Translations under genes and position numbers: made by a program | Shown here: positions 1 through 9,481 of the stretch, piece by piece | Numbering within the stretch: position 1 is the first letter of the stretch | Layout of the letters: every line of letters starts with the position of its first letter | The notes under the pieces: generated by a model | Seen by the model: only the letters and a program-made list of their open reading frames with translations | Told to the model about the DNA's origin: nothing | Databases searched by the model: none | Source of the DNA: Opitutales bacterium | GTDB lineage: Bacteria; Verrucomicrobiota; Verrucomicrobiia; Opitutales; JABSRG01 | Direction of reading: 5' to 3' | Assembly: GCA_049599475.1 (NCBI GenBank) | Contig: JBMYOQ010000007.1 | Coordinates: forward strand, 32,001 to 96,000 | DNA length: 64,000 nucleotides

Positions 1-2
1 CC

Positions 3-227
3 GCCATCGATGCCATGATCCCTCGCGTGCTTGATCGACTCGGTCCCGATGATCAATTCATCATCACTGCAGATCATGGTTGCGATCCGACCTTTCGCGG
101 CACGGATCATACTCGTGAGTACGTGCCCCTCTTAATCTGGAGCTCAGAGCCTACTAGGAATTTGGGTGTGCGTCCGAGCTTTGCCTATGTCGCCGAGCAG
201 GTGAGGGGCTGGCTGGACTCAAGCTAG
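3..227 (+). CDS. deoB: Phosphopentomutase, C-terminal part (5' end outside window)
   Basis: Motif [25 protein letters not shown] typical of the DeoB C-terminus; frame open from window start. Confidence 0.9.
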   Translation, partial: AIDAMIPRVLDRLGPDDQFIITADHGCDPTFRGTDHTREYVPLLIWSSEPTRNLGVRPSFAYVAEQVRGWLDSS

Positions 228-1961
228 TTCGGTAACCCGTGGTTTCACGGATGAGATCGCCTTCTTCAACACGGCAAGCTTTACGGGTTTTGAGATGAAG
301 CCTTTCATGCCGACCTCGCGGCATGCCACTTGGTTGGCCGGTGTGACGGCTGCAGTGATCGCAATGATGGTAGGGCGGTCGTCTGGATTGATGCTTTTTT
401 CGAAAATCGCTTTGGCTGCTTCAATACCACTCAGATTCGGCATATTCAAATCCATGAAAATGATGTCATAGCGCTCCTTGCTGGCCATTTCGAGAGCCTC
501 GCTCCCGTCTTCCGCTAGGTCCGATGTGTGGCCTAGACGTTTCAGCATCATGGAAATGACCTTTTGGTTAATCTTATCATCTTCCGCGATCAGAATCTTC
601 AAGGTGCCGGTCTGGTAAGGTGCTCGGGTAACGCCATCGACCTCGTTGGCTTGGAAGGGCGCTTGAGTTGCAGCATTGATACGCTGTGGGCTTTTCGCGC
701 GTCGGAGGGAATCGACTATCTTGGAAGGCCGGATGGGGCGGTGGATCTTGGGAACCTGCGAAAATACCGGATCCTTCGTAAATTTACTGTAGGTTGCTTC
801 ATTGCCTAGGATCACAGTGGGCGTTTCACAGTGTTTGAGCTTTTCGCCCCACTTGTGTTGTTTGTCTGAAGGGCGATCGATCCATCCTGTGTCGAAAAGC
901 AATACGGTATTGGGCTTCGCAGGAGATACGAGTGTCTCGGCCAGAGCCACTTCCTCGGAGACCCAGGTGAGCTCAATTTCGCTTCGCTCAAAATACTGGC
1001 TGAGGCTTCTCCCTAAGCTGGTACTGAATGTTGCGAGGATGACTGAGGGCGGAGCCGTAAACGGAGTCGGTGTCGTTCGTTTCTCGGGGATTTGCTTAGC
1101 CTCTAGGTTGAAAAAGGGTGCGGTGAATGTGAAGGTGGAGCCCTCGTATTCCTTGCTCTCGGCCTCCAAGCGCCCCCCGATCAATTTACAGACTTTTTGG
1201 CTGATGTAGAGTCCAAACCCACCAAACAGGAAATCCTCTTTGTTGAACGCGTCGGGATCTATGGGGCTGAAAATGCGGGAAAGATGATCTTCAGAAATAC
1301 CGATGCCGGTATCTTTAATCTCGAATAGAAGATGCTGGTTTTCGGATCCTTCATTCTTCTGGGGCGCCACGCGAATTTGGATTTCACCGCTGCGTGTGTA
1401 TTTCGCAGCATTGGAAACGAGGTTTCCAAGGATAAGGCGTATGTGCGATGTGTCTGCTGCGACCGCGGTCGGTAACTCGGGATCGATGAAGAACGTTACC
1501 TCGATTGGTTTTGAGGCCAACATATCTGTCTTATCCTCGATCGTTTCTTCGATGACTTGGGAAATATTAAAACTGCTGATTTCGGACGCTTCGGAGCCCG
1601 TCTCAATACGCGAGTAGTACTGAATGTCTTTGATCAAGCTCAGTAGGTTGTCGCCCGCCAAACGGATCATTTTGACGTTTTCCTTCTGTTGTGAGTTGAG
1701 CTTGGAATCCTCCAAGACAGAAGAGAGCCCGACGATGGAATTGAGCGGCGTACGCATTTCATTCGTTGTCCGAATGAGTAGGCTTTGCAGCGGGTATGTC
1801 TGAGGAGGCGACTCTGTGGTCTTTTCGACGCTTTCGGATTTATCAGACGAATCGGCGGTGTTTCGGCGTGTGAGGAGCACGCCGATAGTGAGGCCGATTA
1901 GGGCCACCAAAAGATAGCTTAAAGTCGAGATGATCATTGTTGAATTCTTAAACTTAGCCAA
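219..1961 (-). CDS. Hybrid sensor histidine kinase/response regulator with degenerate H-box (His->Asn)
   Basis: N-terminal [16 protein letters not shown]-box lacking His; N box [11 protein letters not shown]1 DTGIGI; C-terminal receiver ILIAEDD...IIFMDLNMP...KP. Confidence 0.9.
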   Translation of the reverse strand: MAKFKNSTMIISTLSYLLVALIGLTIGVLLTRRNTADSSDKSESVEKTTESPPQTYPLQSLLIRTTNEMRTPLNSIVGLSSVLEDSKLNSQQKENVKMIRLAGDNLLSLIKDIQYYSRIETGSEASEISSFNISQVIEETIEDKTDMLASKPIEVTFFIDPELPTAVAADTSHIRLILGNLVSNAAKYTRSGEIQIRVAPQKNEGSENQHLLFEIKDTGIGISEDHLSRIFSPIDPDAFNKEDFLFGGFGLYISQKVCKLIGGRLEAESKEYEGSTFTFTAPFFNLEAKQIPEKRTTPTPFTAPPSVILATFSTSLGRSLSQYFERSEIELTWVSEEVALAETLVSPAKPNTVLLFDTGWIDRPSDKQHKWGEKLKHCETPTVILGNEATYSKFTKDPVFSQVPKIHRPIRPSKIVDSLRRAKSPQRINAATQAPFQANEVDGVTRAPYQTGTLKILIAEDDKINQKVISMMLKRLGHTSDLAEDGSEALEMASKERYDIIFMDLNMPNLSGIEAAKAIFEKSINPDDRPTIIAITAAVTPANQVACREVGMKGFISKPVKLAVLKKAISSVKPRVTELA

Positions 1962-2188
1962 AGCCCGTTAGGGCCCTGGTGGGATTGCATACTGGTTCCA
2001 CAATTCGGCGATACCTTGCTTGCCTGAAGGCTAGTTCGACTAAAGTCGCGATATGATGTGATTTTTGTTCGTATGGATGTGGGATTTTCTGGTAACTCCG
2101 ATGAACTCTTAGATCTTCTGAGAGTCTCTTCGACCTGTTCGCACACTTTTTAATCACATCTCAGGACCCATGGATCCTGGATTCTTGT

Positions 2189-2791
2189 ATGAAAGAACTT
2201 TTAGAAAACGCTGGAATATTCGCCTGGCCTCTGGGTGTTTGCTCTATCTTGGCTTTGACAATAATCGTCGATCGCTTGATCGCCCTTCGTTCAGGGAAGG
2301 TGATGCCGGAGAAACTGGTGCAGCACTTTATCAAAGGAGATATCGAAAACATAGATTCTGATAGCAAGTCTGCCGGGGGGCGTGTGTTGGAATTTTTCAG
2401 GAGTGCAAACCCGGATGCAGAGGGGATCAAAGCCTACGCTCGCCTTGAGGTAGCGCGCATGGAGCGCGGGCTCTTTATTCTCGATATCGTGATCGCCGCA
2501 GCCCCTTTGCTGGGTCTACTAGGTACTGTAACGGGCCTTGTTACGGTATTCGAGAACGTGTCGGCGGAGACCGGCCTGCCGGATCCCTCGGGGTTTATTG
2601 AAGGCGTAGCGCTGGCCCTGACTACCACAATCCTCGGACTCGCGGTGGCGATTCCCGCGCTTGTGGGGAACTCATATCTACATCGCCGAATTGATATTCT
2701 GGCCGCGCGCTTGGAAGTGGCGGTGGAGCGATTGATCGATATCTCGAATCGCCGAACGCAGGTATCAACCGCTAAGGGATCCCAGGAATGA
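2189..2791 (+). CDS. MotA/TolQ/ExbB proton channel family protein
   Basis: AAPLLGLLGTVTGL...GVALALTTTILGLAVAIPA signature; 3 TM. Confidence 0.92.
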   Translation: MKELLENAGIFAWPLGVCSILALTIIVDRLIALRSGKVMPEKLVQHFIKGDIENIDSDSKSAGGRVLEFFRSANPDAEGIKAYARLEVARMERGLFILDIVIAAAPLLGLLGTVTGLVTVFENVSAETGLPDPSGFIEGVALALTTTILGLAVAIPALVGNSYLHRRIDILAARLEVAVERLIDISNRRTQVSTAKGSQE

Positions 2792-3195
2792 GTTTGGAGA
2801 CTTCACTACGCCGACGCCGCCGGAATCGGGATCAGATCAATCTGGTGCCGATGGTGGATGTGTTGATGGTCCTGCTGTTTTTCTTCCTGATATCGATGCA
2901 GCTAGGAGATCTCAGAGCCATAAATATCACGTTGCCCAAGATCGAGACTGCGGGTGAAAACGCCGTGGCCGACACTATGATAATCCAGATGAATTTGGAG
3001 GGTGAGATCTTTCTGAATAACGAGCCGATAACCGAGGACGTCCTCGTTGCCGCCGTTAAGGCTCAAGCTTCAGTGCAGCCAGATACTCCAGTTCTCATGG
3101 CGATGGACGAAGGTATAACGATCAAGGATATGACGCGGATTATCGATATCTGCCGCTCGAATGGCCTGCAGAGAGTGAGACTTCAATCTCAGTAG
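2788..3195 (+). CDS. ExbD/TolR biopolymer transport protein
   Basis: INLVPMVDVLMVLLFFFLI motif; ATGA overlap with the ExbB-like gene. Confidence 0.92.
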   Translation: MSLETSLRRRRRNRDQINLVPMVDVLMVLLFFFLISMQLGDLRAINITLPKIETAGENAVADTMIIQMNLEGEIFLNNEPITEDVLVAAVKAQASVQPDTPVLMAMDEGITIKDMTRIIDICRSNGLQRVRLQSQ

Positions 3196-3276
3196 AGTAG
3201 ATTCTACAGATCTGATGTAGCTTTCGCTCAAGCTCGTGGGTTTTTGGGCGAATTCTGTCGATGGATAACTCTATTC

Positions 3277-3852
3277 ATGCGACAAGCCCTGCCCATATTT
3301 CTCACCATTCCCCTGTTTTTCGGGGCTGCGAAATTGTGCGCTCATCCGGGGCACGATGCGCGCTCGCCCATGGCGTGGCTAGGCTTAGGAAAGCATAGCG
3401 ACGATTATCCAGATAAGCATCAAGGCTACCTCGAGGTCGCTCAACCAATGGGGCTGCGATTTAGCAAGACACCCGTTCGCTTCGATCGAGCACGCTTGAT
3501 TCCACTCAATTCGATTGTTCGGGTCGTTGAAATGCCCGAACCTGAGCCGGTTGATTTGCTGCCTCCACCTCCACCCATTGAAGAAGAGGAGGAAATCGAA
3601 ATCCTGATATCTGAGCCTGAAGAGGTGGAGGTCGACAACATGCCCGAGCCGATCGTCCAAGAGGATATCAATTCGATGTATAACGAGGCCGGTATGCTGA
3701 ACCCGGATGATATCTTACTCTATTTACGCGATTTCGAACCTGAAAGTTCGGGTCCGGACAATAGCCAGGAGGCTGGCGGCGCATTCCGCTTCCAGCTACC
3801 AGGAAATACGCCTCCATTACGCGGCGAAGCTACCTTTGAGCGCACACCCTAA
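3277..3852 (+). CDS. Exported Pro/Glu-rich hypothetical protein (possible TonB-like partner)
   Basis: Signal-peptide-like MRQALPIFLTIPLFFGAAKLCA; PEPEPVDLLPPPPPIEEEEE tract; follows exbBD. ATG at 3277 chosen over TTG at 3244. Confidence 0.6.
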   Translation: MRQALPIFLTIPLFFGAAKLCAHPGHDARSPMAWLGLGKHSDDYPDKHQGYLEVAQPMGLRFSKTPVRFDRARLIPLNSIVRVVEMPEPEPVDLLPPPPPIEEEEEIEILISEPEEVEVDNMPEPIVQEDINSMYNEAGMLNPDDILLYLRDFEPESSGPDNSQEAGGAFRFQLPGNTPPLRGEATFERTP

Positions 3853-3880
3853 GGCGTATTAACCCAGCCACGATCTCCCC

Positions 3881-5410
3881 ATGATACTTTGCCCACACAT
3901 TAGAATTTGCTTACTCGCACTGTCGTCGGTGTTGTCCACATCGCTTGTGTGGTCGCAAGATTCTCAATCGCAAACCCCGCGGAGTTTTCCGATGAATACG
4001 GTAAAAGACGGGGATGCTACGGAGCTTGAAGCCGGAACTCGTGAGGGGGCCGCTGCATCGTCGGATGAGCTGTCTCCCTATGAGCGCGGATTGCCCAGCA
4101 CCTACGAAAAGCGCGAGGGTGAAAACCCAGATGAGGCTCACGAGATGGTTGAGAACTGGGATGCAGAACATGCCGGAAATGCGTCGGTAGAGGAGGCTGC
4201 GGATGAGTACGAGGCCATGCACACAGGACTCGTGCACCACTACAGTAGCGCACAGGCCAAGGTGGAATTTGAACGTAGAATGCGTCAGGCTGAAGTCGCT
4301 ACAGTGACTCGAGATTTCGATCTCGCTGAGGCCATTTATACATCCATTTTGAAGGAGTTACCCTTGGACGATGAACAGCGGCGTGAAGCCATGTTGGACT
4401 TGGCGACACTTTGTAAATCTCACCGGAAGTATGGACGCATTGTCGTGGTTTATGAAAAGTTCCTGGATCAATTTCCTAGAGACCCCGAGGTGGCTACAAT
4501 CTCTATGGACTTGGGCTTGATCTACCGCTCAATGGGCGCATTTGAGTCGGCGTTGAGGAAATTCTATTCGGTGTTAAACCTCTCATTACTTCTGCCCAAA
4601 GAGCGAATTGATGCCTATCGAGATATATCGACCCGTGCGCAGATCGAGATCGCAGAAACTCATTTTCTCATGGGAGATTACGACCAGGCGGCACGCTTTT
4701 ACGAGCGTCTCTTGCGCCTCGAGTTATCCCCTCAAGAGCGGGCATCTGTTACCTTCCAGTTTGGTTATACGCACTTTTTGAACGACGATTTCCAGAGCAC
4801 AGTTTCCGTACTCAGAGACTACGCGGCGATGTTTCCAGGAGATGAGAAGATCCCGGAATCCCATTATTTATTGGCCGAGGCTTATCGAAGCCTCAATCAA
4901 ATGCAATCCGCCATGCAAGAGGTGTTGACGCTCCTGAAGACAAACGAGGTCGTAGGGGCGCAGAATCCAGCCCTGTGGCTATTCTGGAAGCAGAAGACCG
5001 GGAACCAGCTCGCCAACGCTTTCTATGAACGCGGGGATCACCTCAACGCCTTGAAGATTTACCAAGCGATGACTCCGCTGACTTCTTCGGTCACTTGGCA
5101 GGGCCCCATTATTTACCAAATCGGCCTTTGTTTTGAGCGTCTACGGATGGTGCCTAAGGCGATTGAGGCGTATAACATGTTGGACACTATGGACCAGTGG
5201 GCTGAAGAGGTCGCAAAGATGGAGAAGATGCCGGACGATTTGGCCTTTGTGCAAGAGATGGCGCGTTGGCGGAAAAGCCATCTCGAGTGGAGCCTCGATC
5301 GGGATGGTAAGCTCAATGATTTGTTCAATCGGTCGATCCTCAAAGAACCGGTCACTGAGACCTCTTCTGTGCAACCCGCAGTTGCTCCTCAAGAGCCACA
5401 GTCCTCTTAA
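3881..5410 (+). CDS. Exported tetratricopeptide-repeat protein
   Basis: Signal peptide; repeated TPR-like helices (YEKFLDQFPRDP, HYLLAEAY, YQIGLCFERL). Confidence 0.85.
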   Translation: MILCPHIRICLLALSSVLSTSLVWSQDSQSQTPRSFPMNTVKDGDATELEAGTREGAAASSDELSPYERGLPSTYEKREGENPDEAHEMVENWDAEHAGNASVEEAADEYEAMHTGLVHHYSSAQAKVEFERRMRQAEVATVTRDFDLAEAIYTSILKELPLDDEQRREAMLDLATLCKSHRKYGRIVVVYEKFLDQFPRDPEVATISMDLGLIYRSMGAFESALRKFYSVLNLSLLLPKERIDAYRDISTRAQIEIAETHFLMGDYDQAARFYERLLRLELSPQERASVTFQFGYTHFLNDDFQSTVSVLRDYAAMFPGDEKIPESHYLLAEAYRSLNQMQSAMQEVLTLLKTNEVVGAQNPALWLFWKQKTGNQLANAFYERGDHLNALKIYQAMTPLTSSVTWQGPIIYQIGLCFERLRMVPKAIEAYNMLDTMDQWAEEVAKMEKMPDDLAFVQEMARWRKSHLEWSLDRDGKLNDLFNRSILKEPVTETSSVQPAVAPQEPQSS

Positions 5411-5429
5411 ATTTTCTCGACCACCTATT

Positions 5430-5813
5430 ATGAATACAACCACGATTCTCGAACATCACCTCGAATTGAGTGAGCAGGTTCACCAGCTCTTACTGGAGGA
5501 AAATACTTTGCTCAAACAAGAGGGCGCGCTCCCCGATTCTAGCTTTTTAGAGCGTAAGCGGTCGCTCCTAGATGAGTTGTCGCATTCGCTCGACGCCGTG
5601 AAAAACATGCGCAGCACCCAAAGCGTATTCTCCGATAGTGAGAAAGAAATGATCCGGACTGCTCAAAACCGTACGATGCAAGGCCTCTATCTCGACCGTG
5701 AGAATGAGCAGCTCTTGCTCAAACACTCGGTGAGTGCGCCGTCGCCAGAGATGAAGCGGACCGTGACGGAAGATCGCTTGAAGGCCGCCTACGGCAAGAA
5801 GTCTGGTTTTTAG
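5430..5813 (+). CDS. FlgN-like flagellar export chaperone (putative)
   Basis: 127-aa helical protein with LLEENTLLK, ERKRSLLDEL, RENEQLL and C-terminal AY pattern as in FlgN; next to a flagellin-like gene. Confidence 0.55.
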   Translation: MNTTTILEHHLELSEQVHQLLLEENTLLKQEGALPDSSFLERKRSLLDELSHSLDAVKNMRSTQSVFSDSEKEMIRTAQNRTMQGLYLDRENEQLLLKHSVSAPSPEMKRTVTEDRLKAAYGKKSGF

Positions 5814-5862
5814 GAAAAACCGGCCTCAGAGCTGATTTTTTGAAAAAAAAGTCGGCCAAAGC

Positions 5863-5889
5863 TAAAGTTCGTGAGCAAGGCAGCGACTT
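5863..5889 (+). promoter_or_regulatory. Candidate sigma28 (FliA) promoter upstream of the flagellin-like gene
   Basis: TAAAGTTC-N11-AGCGACTT vs consensus TAAAGTTT-N11-GCCGATAA; good -35, weak -10. Confidence 0.35.
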
Positions 5890-6153
5890 ACGAAAGTGAC
5901 CCAATATATTCGTATCACTTATTCGTATCAATCATGTTCCTCTGGTCGGCACATTCAAAATGCTTCGAAATTTCCCTGAAGCTTCTTCGGAGAAAAATCG
6001 GTTCATTTCTGAGAAACGATTCCATTGTTGCTACCTGCGTTAGCAGCGATCGCTACTTGGCAAGGAAGCCAGTAGTGCAAGTCGCGACTCATAGGATGGC
6101 TCGATCAGCCCAAACGGTCGTCAGAAGATATTAAACTTACACCTTCTCAGTCT

Positions 6154-6912
6154 ATGTCATTCGAAATTGGCCCAAATCTACACGGGTTCCAAAATCCGTC
6201 CTATCTCAGGGAGGGGCAGGACAAAGCCATAAATAGGGGCAAAGCCCAAGCCCAATCCTCAGAACCAAGCAAAGCCACAGAAAATACCGCTGAGGCTGCT
6301 AAGACGTCTGCATCTGAAATTGAAACTCAGAGCCCGAAAGCGCGCATGAATGCGATCGCTAACCGAGCTTTCGAGAGTCAAAGCATTCAGGAAGAAGTCT
6401 CATTGTTGCAAACCCAGAACGCTGCTTTAGAAGAGGCCCTAGGGGTCCTCGAAAAGCTCGATTCTTTGGTGTCTAACTCAGATGAAGCCTCCGATATCAC
6501 TGAGGCATTCGGCGAGTTAAAGACGTCGCTAGAGTCCATCACAGACGCGTCTTTTAATAATCAGGCCCTCTTTAATGGTGGCGACGACGCAGGTGCGGTG
6601 CCTTTTAACCGGAGCATCCGCAGCTACGGCATATCGCGCCAGGATGTGAAGGAAGCTTTAGATCCCATCATCACCACCGAGGCACTGCAGAATCTTAACC
6701 CCGCATCGGTGAGATCAGCATCGAATGTTCTCAGCGAGATGGCGGGACGTGCCGGTGCCGCTGAATCGCAGATAACCGCAAATGCTATGGCAGTCATTAC
6801 CCAAGGGGATGCTATCGATCTAGGTGCCTTGTCTGGGCGTGTGCGGGAACAGCTCAACGATCAGATTCATGGAAATATCCAACCTGGAAATATTCCGCGG
6901 CTGATCAACTAG
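6154..6912 (+). CDS. Divergent flagellin-like protein lacking canonical D0 termini
   Basis: VSLLQTQNAALEEALGVLEKL...ASFNNQALFNG resembles the flagellin N-terminal D1 helices; SASNVLSEMAGRAGAAESQI resembles the C-terminal D1 helix. Confidence 0.6.
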   Translation: MSFEIGPNLHGFQNPSYLREGQDKAINRGKAQAQSSEPSKATENTAEAAKTSASEIETQSPKARMNAIANRAFESQSIQEEVSLLQTQNAALEEALGVLEKLDSLVSNSDEASDITEAFGELKTSLESITDASFNNQALFNGGDDAGAVPFNRSIRSYGISRQDVKEALDPIITTEALQNLNPASVRSASNVLSEMAGRAGAAESQITANAMAVITQGDAIDLGALSGRVREQLNDQIHGNIQPGNIPRLIN

Positions 6913-6938
6913 AGTCGGATTCAGTCAAGCGGGTGGTC

Positions 6939-6965
6939 TCAAGCCCCAGCACAATCAGCCGATTC
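6939..6965 (+). promoter_or_regulatory. Candidate sigma28 promoter
   Basis: TCAAG-N14-GCCGATTC ending 7 nt before ATG 6973. Confidence 0.55.
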
Positions 6966-6972
6966 ATTATTT

Positions 6973-7539
6973 ATGAGCGAGTTCAATATTCGAGATTTGT
7001 TGGATACACCGCAACCTCCGGTTAAGGTGACTCCGCTGCAATTTCTTCGTGTGTTTGAGCTTGAATGGCTGAAGGAGCTCTCGCGCGTAGAAGACTTTAA
7101 GAAGCGTAATTTTGCGACTCAGCGGATGGCTAACTTCCGTGAGAACATGGCCACTTTGCAGATTTGGGAAACCATTGAAAACGAGGAGGAAATTCACACA
7201 GATTTAGTCTCTACGGTGGAAGCTCAGTTGATTCCTCAAAAAAATGAACTCTATGCGATCCAGTATGTGCTTTGGCACCTGCCCACAGATCGCTCACGGC
7301 GTTTTTTGAGTATCCTCAGTGAATTGGATTATTTGCCAAGCGAAGCTGCACGAGCGGCTGTTATTTTAAACGGTCTCTTAGATGATGAGTACCGTCCATC
7401 TTTGGACATTTCGGAGCTCGCGGATGCCTCGGTTAAGAGCAAGCGAGGTCGATCCATCACCCGGGAGATGCGTGAAGAGTCGGGAGGTGCCATGTCGACG
7501 CGCCTCGCCGAAGAGATCATGGGATTAAAAAAGGAATAA
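6973..7539 (+). CDS. Hypothetical protein
   Basis: 188-aa ORF, ATG start, fits operon spacing; no motif recognised. Confidence 0.7.
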   Translation: MSEFNIRDLLDTPQPPVKVTPLQFLRVFELEWLKELSRVEDFKKRNFATQRMANFRENMATLQIWETIENEEEIHTDLVSTVEAQLIPQKNELYAIQYVLWHLPTDRSRRFLSILSELDYLPSEAARAAVILNGLLDDEYRPSLDISELADASVKSKRGRSITREMREESGGAMSTRLAEEIMGLKKE

Positions 7540-7560
7540 TCGTAAAAAACTTTGATTCAA

Positions 7561-7839
7561 ATGAAGACCGGAAGGCATTTGAATATTCGCATCGGTGAGG
7601 ATCCCGAAGAGCTCGCGAAGTTAACACGTCCACCGATTATTACGGAGGCAAAGAAGGCTCCCAAAGGAAACCCGTTTCTCGGCATTCATTTTGTCGATTG
7701 CCATGTTTACGGGCGGGTCTACAGGAATAGAGAAGGCACCCACTATGAAGGTGCATGCCCTAAGTGCCGGCGCTCGGTAAAAATTCGTATTGGTCCTAGT
7801 GGATCTACGACCCGCTCCTTCAAAGCGTTCTGCGATTAG
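7561..7839 (+). CDS. Small conserved putative Zn-binding protein
   Basis: PFLGIHFVDCHVYGRVYRN...YEGACPKCRR; CxxC plus upstream C/H ligands; start could be 7552 (TTG) or 7561 (ATG). Confidence 0.7.
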   Translation: MKTGRHLNIRIGEDPEELAKLTRPPIITEAKKAPKGNPFLGIHFVDCHVYGRVYRNREGTHYEGACPKCRRSVKIRIGPSGSTTRSFKAFCD

Positions 7840-7850
7840 GCGGAAGCTTT

Positions 7851-8435
7851 TTACTGAGAAGGGTATTTGCGCGTCTTCAGCTCGTCGATTTGCGGCTTGA
7901 GCACCTTGTCATAATAGTCGGGCTCGATGCCATGCGAAAGCTGAATGTTCAGATGGCGGGCCATGAATTCTTCGATGGTTTGCCAACCCTCATCGGGGAT
8001 ATTGATCTTCTTTGTATACGCGCAGATCGTAAGGATATTCTCCAGGTTCTGCATGCGAGAAGTCGACTGTAGTATGCGATCGGCCACCTTTAATCGGATT
8101 CCGAGAGCGCTCCGGTCGAGAGGTTTTTTCAAAAAATCATCCACACCGCGTTCCATGGCATAGTGGTAATTACGCTCCTGGTCAGTATTAGCGGTGAGCA
8201 GTATGAAATAGGTGTAATCGGTGTTTGGGCGATTCCGGATCTTATCACAGAGCTCGAGGCCATCCATACCGGGCATCAGCCAGTCGCTCACCACGATGCG
8301 GCTAGGGTTTTCGTCAAACTGCTCCCAGGCACTCTCACCATCGTTGGCCGTGCTCACCTCGTAGCCAAGCTTTTGCAAGTGGCTTTGGAGTAGCTTTTGT
8401 GGGATCGGATTATCTTCGGCGATAAGAACGTTCAT
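7851..8435 (-). CDS. Response regulator (receiver + short C-terminal ICxY...SHGI domain)
   Basis: VLIAEDN, VVSDWLMPGMDG, DDFLKKP; tail ILTICAYTKKI...WQTIEEF...LSHGIEPDY. Confidence 0.9.
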   Translation of the reverse strand: MNVLIAEDNPIPQKLLQSHLQKLGYEVSTANDGESAWEQFDENPSRIVVSDWLMPGMDGLELCDKIRNRPNTDYTYFILLTANTDQERNYHYAMERGVDDFLKKPLDRSALGIRLKVADRILQSTSRMQNLENILTICAYTKKINIPDEGWQTIEEFMARHLNIQLSHGIEPDYYDKVLKPQIDELKTRKYPSQ

Positions 8436-8497
8436 AGGGTCTCTGAAAGTGTTCTCTAGTGTCTTAAACCGCAATATACGGCAAATTTTAGTCTAAC

Positions 8498-9037
8498 CTA
8501 ACGCTTGGGGCGAAATACCTCAATTTCTGAGGGGTTACATTCGATAACAGGGCCCTCAATGAGTTCAATACAATAGGGGATTGCGGGAAATACAGCCTCC
8601 AAGCATTCACCGATAGCTTTGGGTTTTCCTGGAAGGTTTACGATCAGACCTCTTCCGCGAATACCGGCAGTCTGGCGCGATAGAATCGCAGTGGGCACGT
8701 ATTTCAAAGAGGTTGCACGCATGAGTTCGCCAAAGCCTGGCATCATCTTTTGGCACACCGCCTCGGTGGCTTCAGGTGTGATATCGCGCGGGGAGGGGCC
8801 GGTGCCCCCTGTCGTCACGACGAGGGAGCAGTGCTCATCGTCGATAAACCGGATAAGGGTCTCTTCAATTTGATCCTGCTCATCTGGAATAACAGCATAG
8901 ACGGTCTCGAAGGGAGTGATAATCCACTTGCTGAGAAGGGCTACCGCTGCCTTGCCGGGAATATCTTCGTAGACTCCGGCGCTGGCGCGATCCGAGATGT
9001 TGATGACACCTATTCTTAGGGGAGATGGGGACTTCAT
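8498..9037 (-). CDS. mog: Molybdopterin adenylyltransferase
   Basis: SDRASAGVYED, TTGGTGPSPRDITPEAT, AILSRQTAGIRG, NLPGKPKAI. Confidence 0.95.
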   Translation of the reverse strand: MKSPSPLRIGVINISDRASAGVYEDIPGKAAVALLSKWIITPFETVYAVIPDEQDQIEETLIRFIDDEHCSLVVTTGGTGPSPRDITPEATEAVCQKMMPGFGELMRATSLKYVPTAILSRQTAGIRGRGLIVNLPGKPKAIGECLEAVFPAIPYCIELIEGPVIECNPSEIEVFRPKR

Positions 9038-9043
9038 TACAGG

Positions 9044-9472
9044 TCAGGGGGTATCGAATTCGACAAAGGGTTTGGGCAATAGATCCCTTAAGAGCCAGAC
9101 TTTACTAATCCCTTGTGCGTTACCCGAGAATATTGGGGTCGTGGGTGAGCAAAACTCCGCCATCACCTGAAGACAAAGGGCGCACGGAACGGTCGCTGTG
9201 GGTTCCCCGGTCACGATAACGATACTCTCGATTTCAGGTTTCCCGAATTGGGCACAGGCGGCGAATATCGCGGTGCGCTCAGCGCACATCGTTGCCCCGT
9301 AGCTGGCATTCTCCACATTGCATCCCGGTATGATAGCTGCGCTTCCCTTTATGCGTATCGCAGCGCCGACTTTGAAGCCAGAGTAGGGGGTATACGCATT
9401 CTCTCGAGCTTTGATCGCGACACGCCAAGCTGCTTCTACCTCGGGCGAAATTTCTGTGGTATGGGTACTCAA
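9044..9472 (-). CDS. cdd: Cytidine deaminase (homotetrameric type)
   Basis: AYTPYSGFKVGAA, GCNVENASYG, CAERTA, PCALC. Confidence 0.93.
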   Translation of the reverse strand: MSTHTTEISPEVEAAWRVAIKARENAYTPYSGFKVGAAIRIKGSAAIIPGCNVENASYGATMCAERTAIFAACAQFGKPEIESIVIVTGEPTATVPCALCLQVMAEFCSPTTPIFSGNAQGISKVWLLRDLLPKPFVEFDTP

Positions 9473-9481
9473 AAATGAAGC

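Noticed and set aside
5133..5429. N-terminal extension of the 226-aa ORF overlapping the TPR gene
   Set aside because: Out-of-frame overlap with a non-protein-like sequence; ATG 5430 just after the TPR stop is more plausible
6010..6090. c-di-GMP-II riboswitch resemblance (AGTAGTGCAA)
   Set aside because: Lacks the GGGCAC pseudoknot partner and kink-turn layout; simple hairpins explain the sequence
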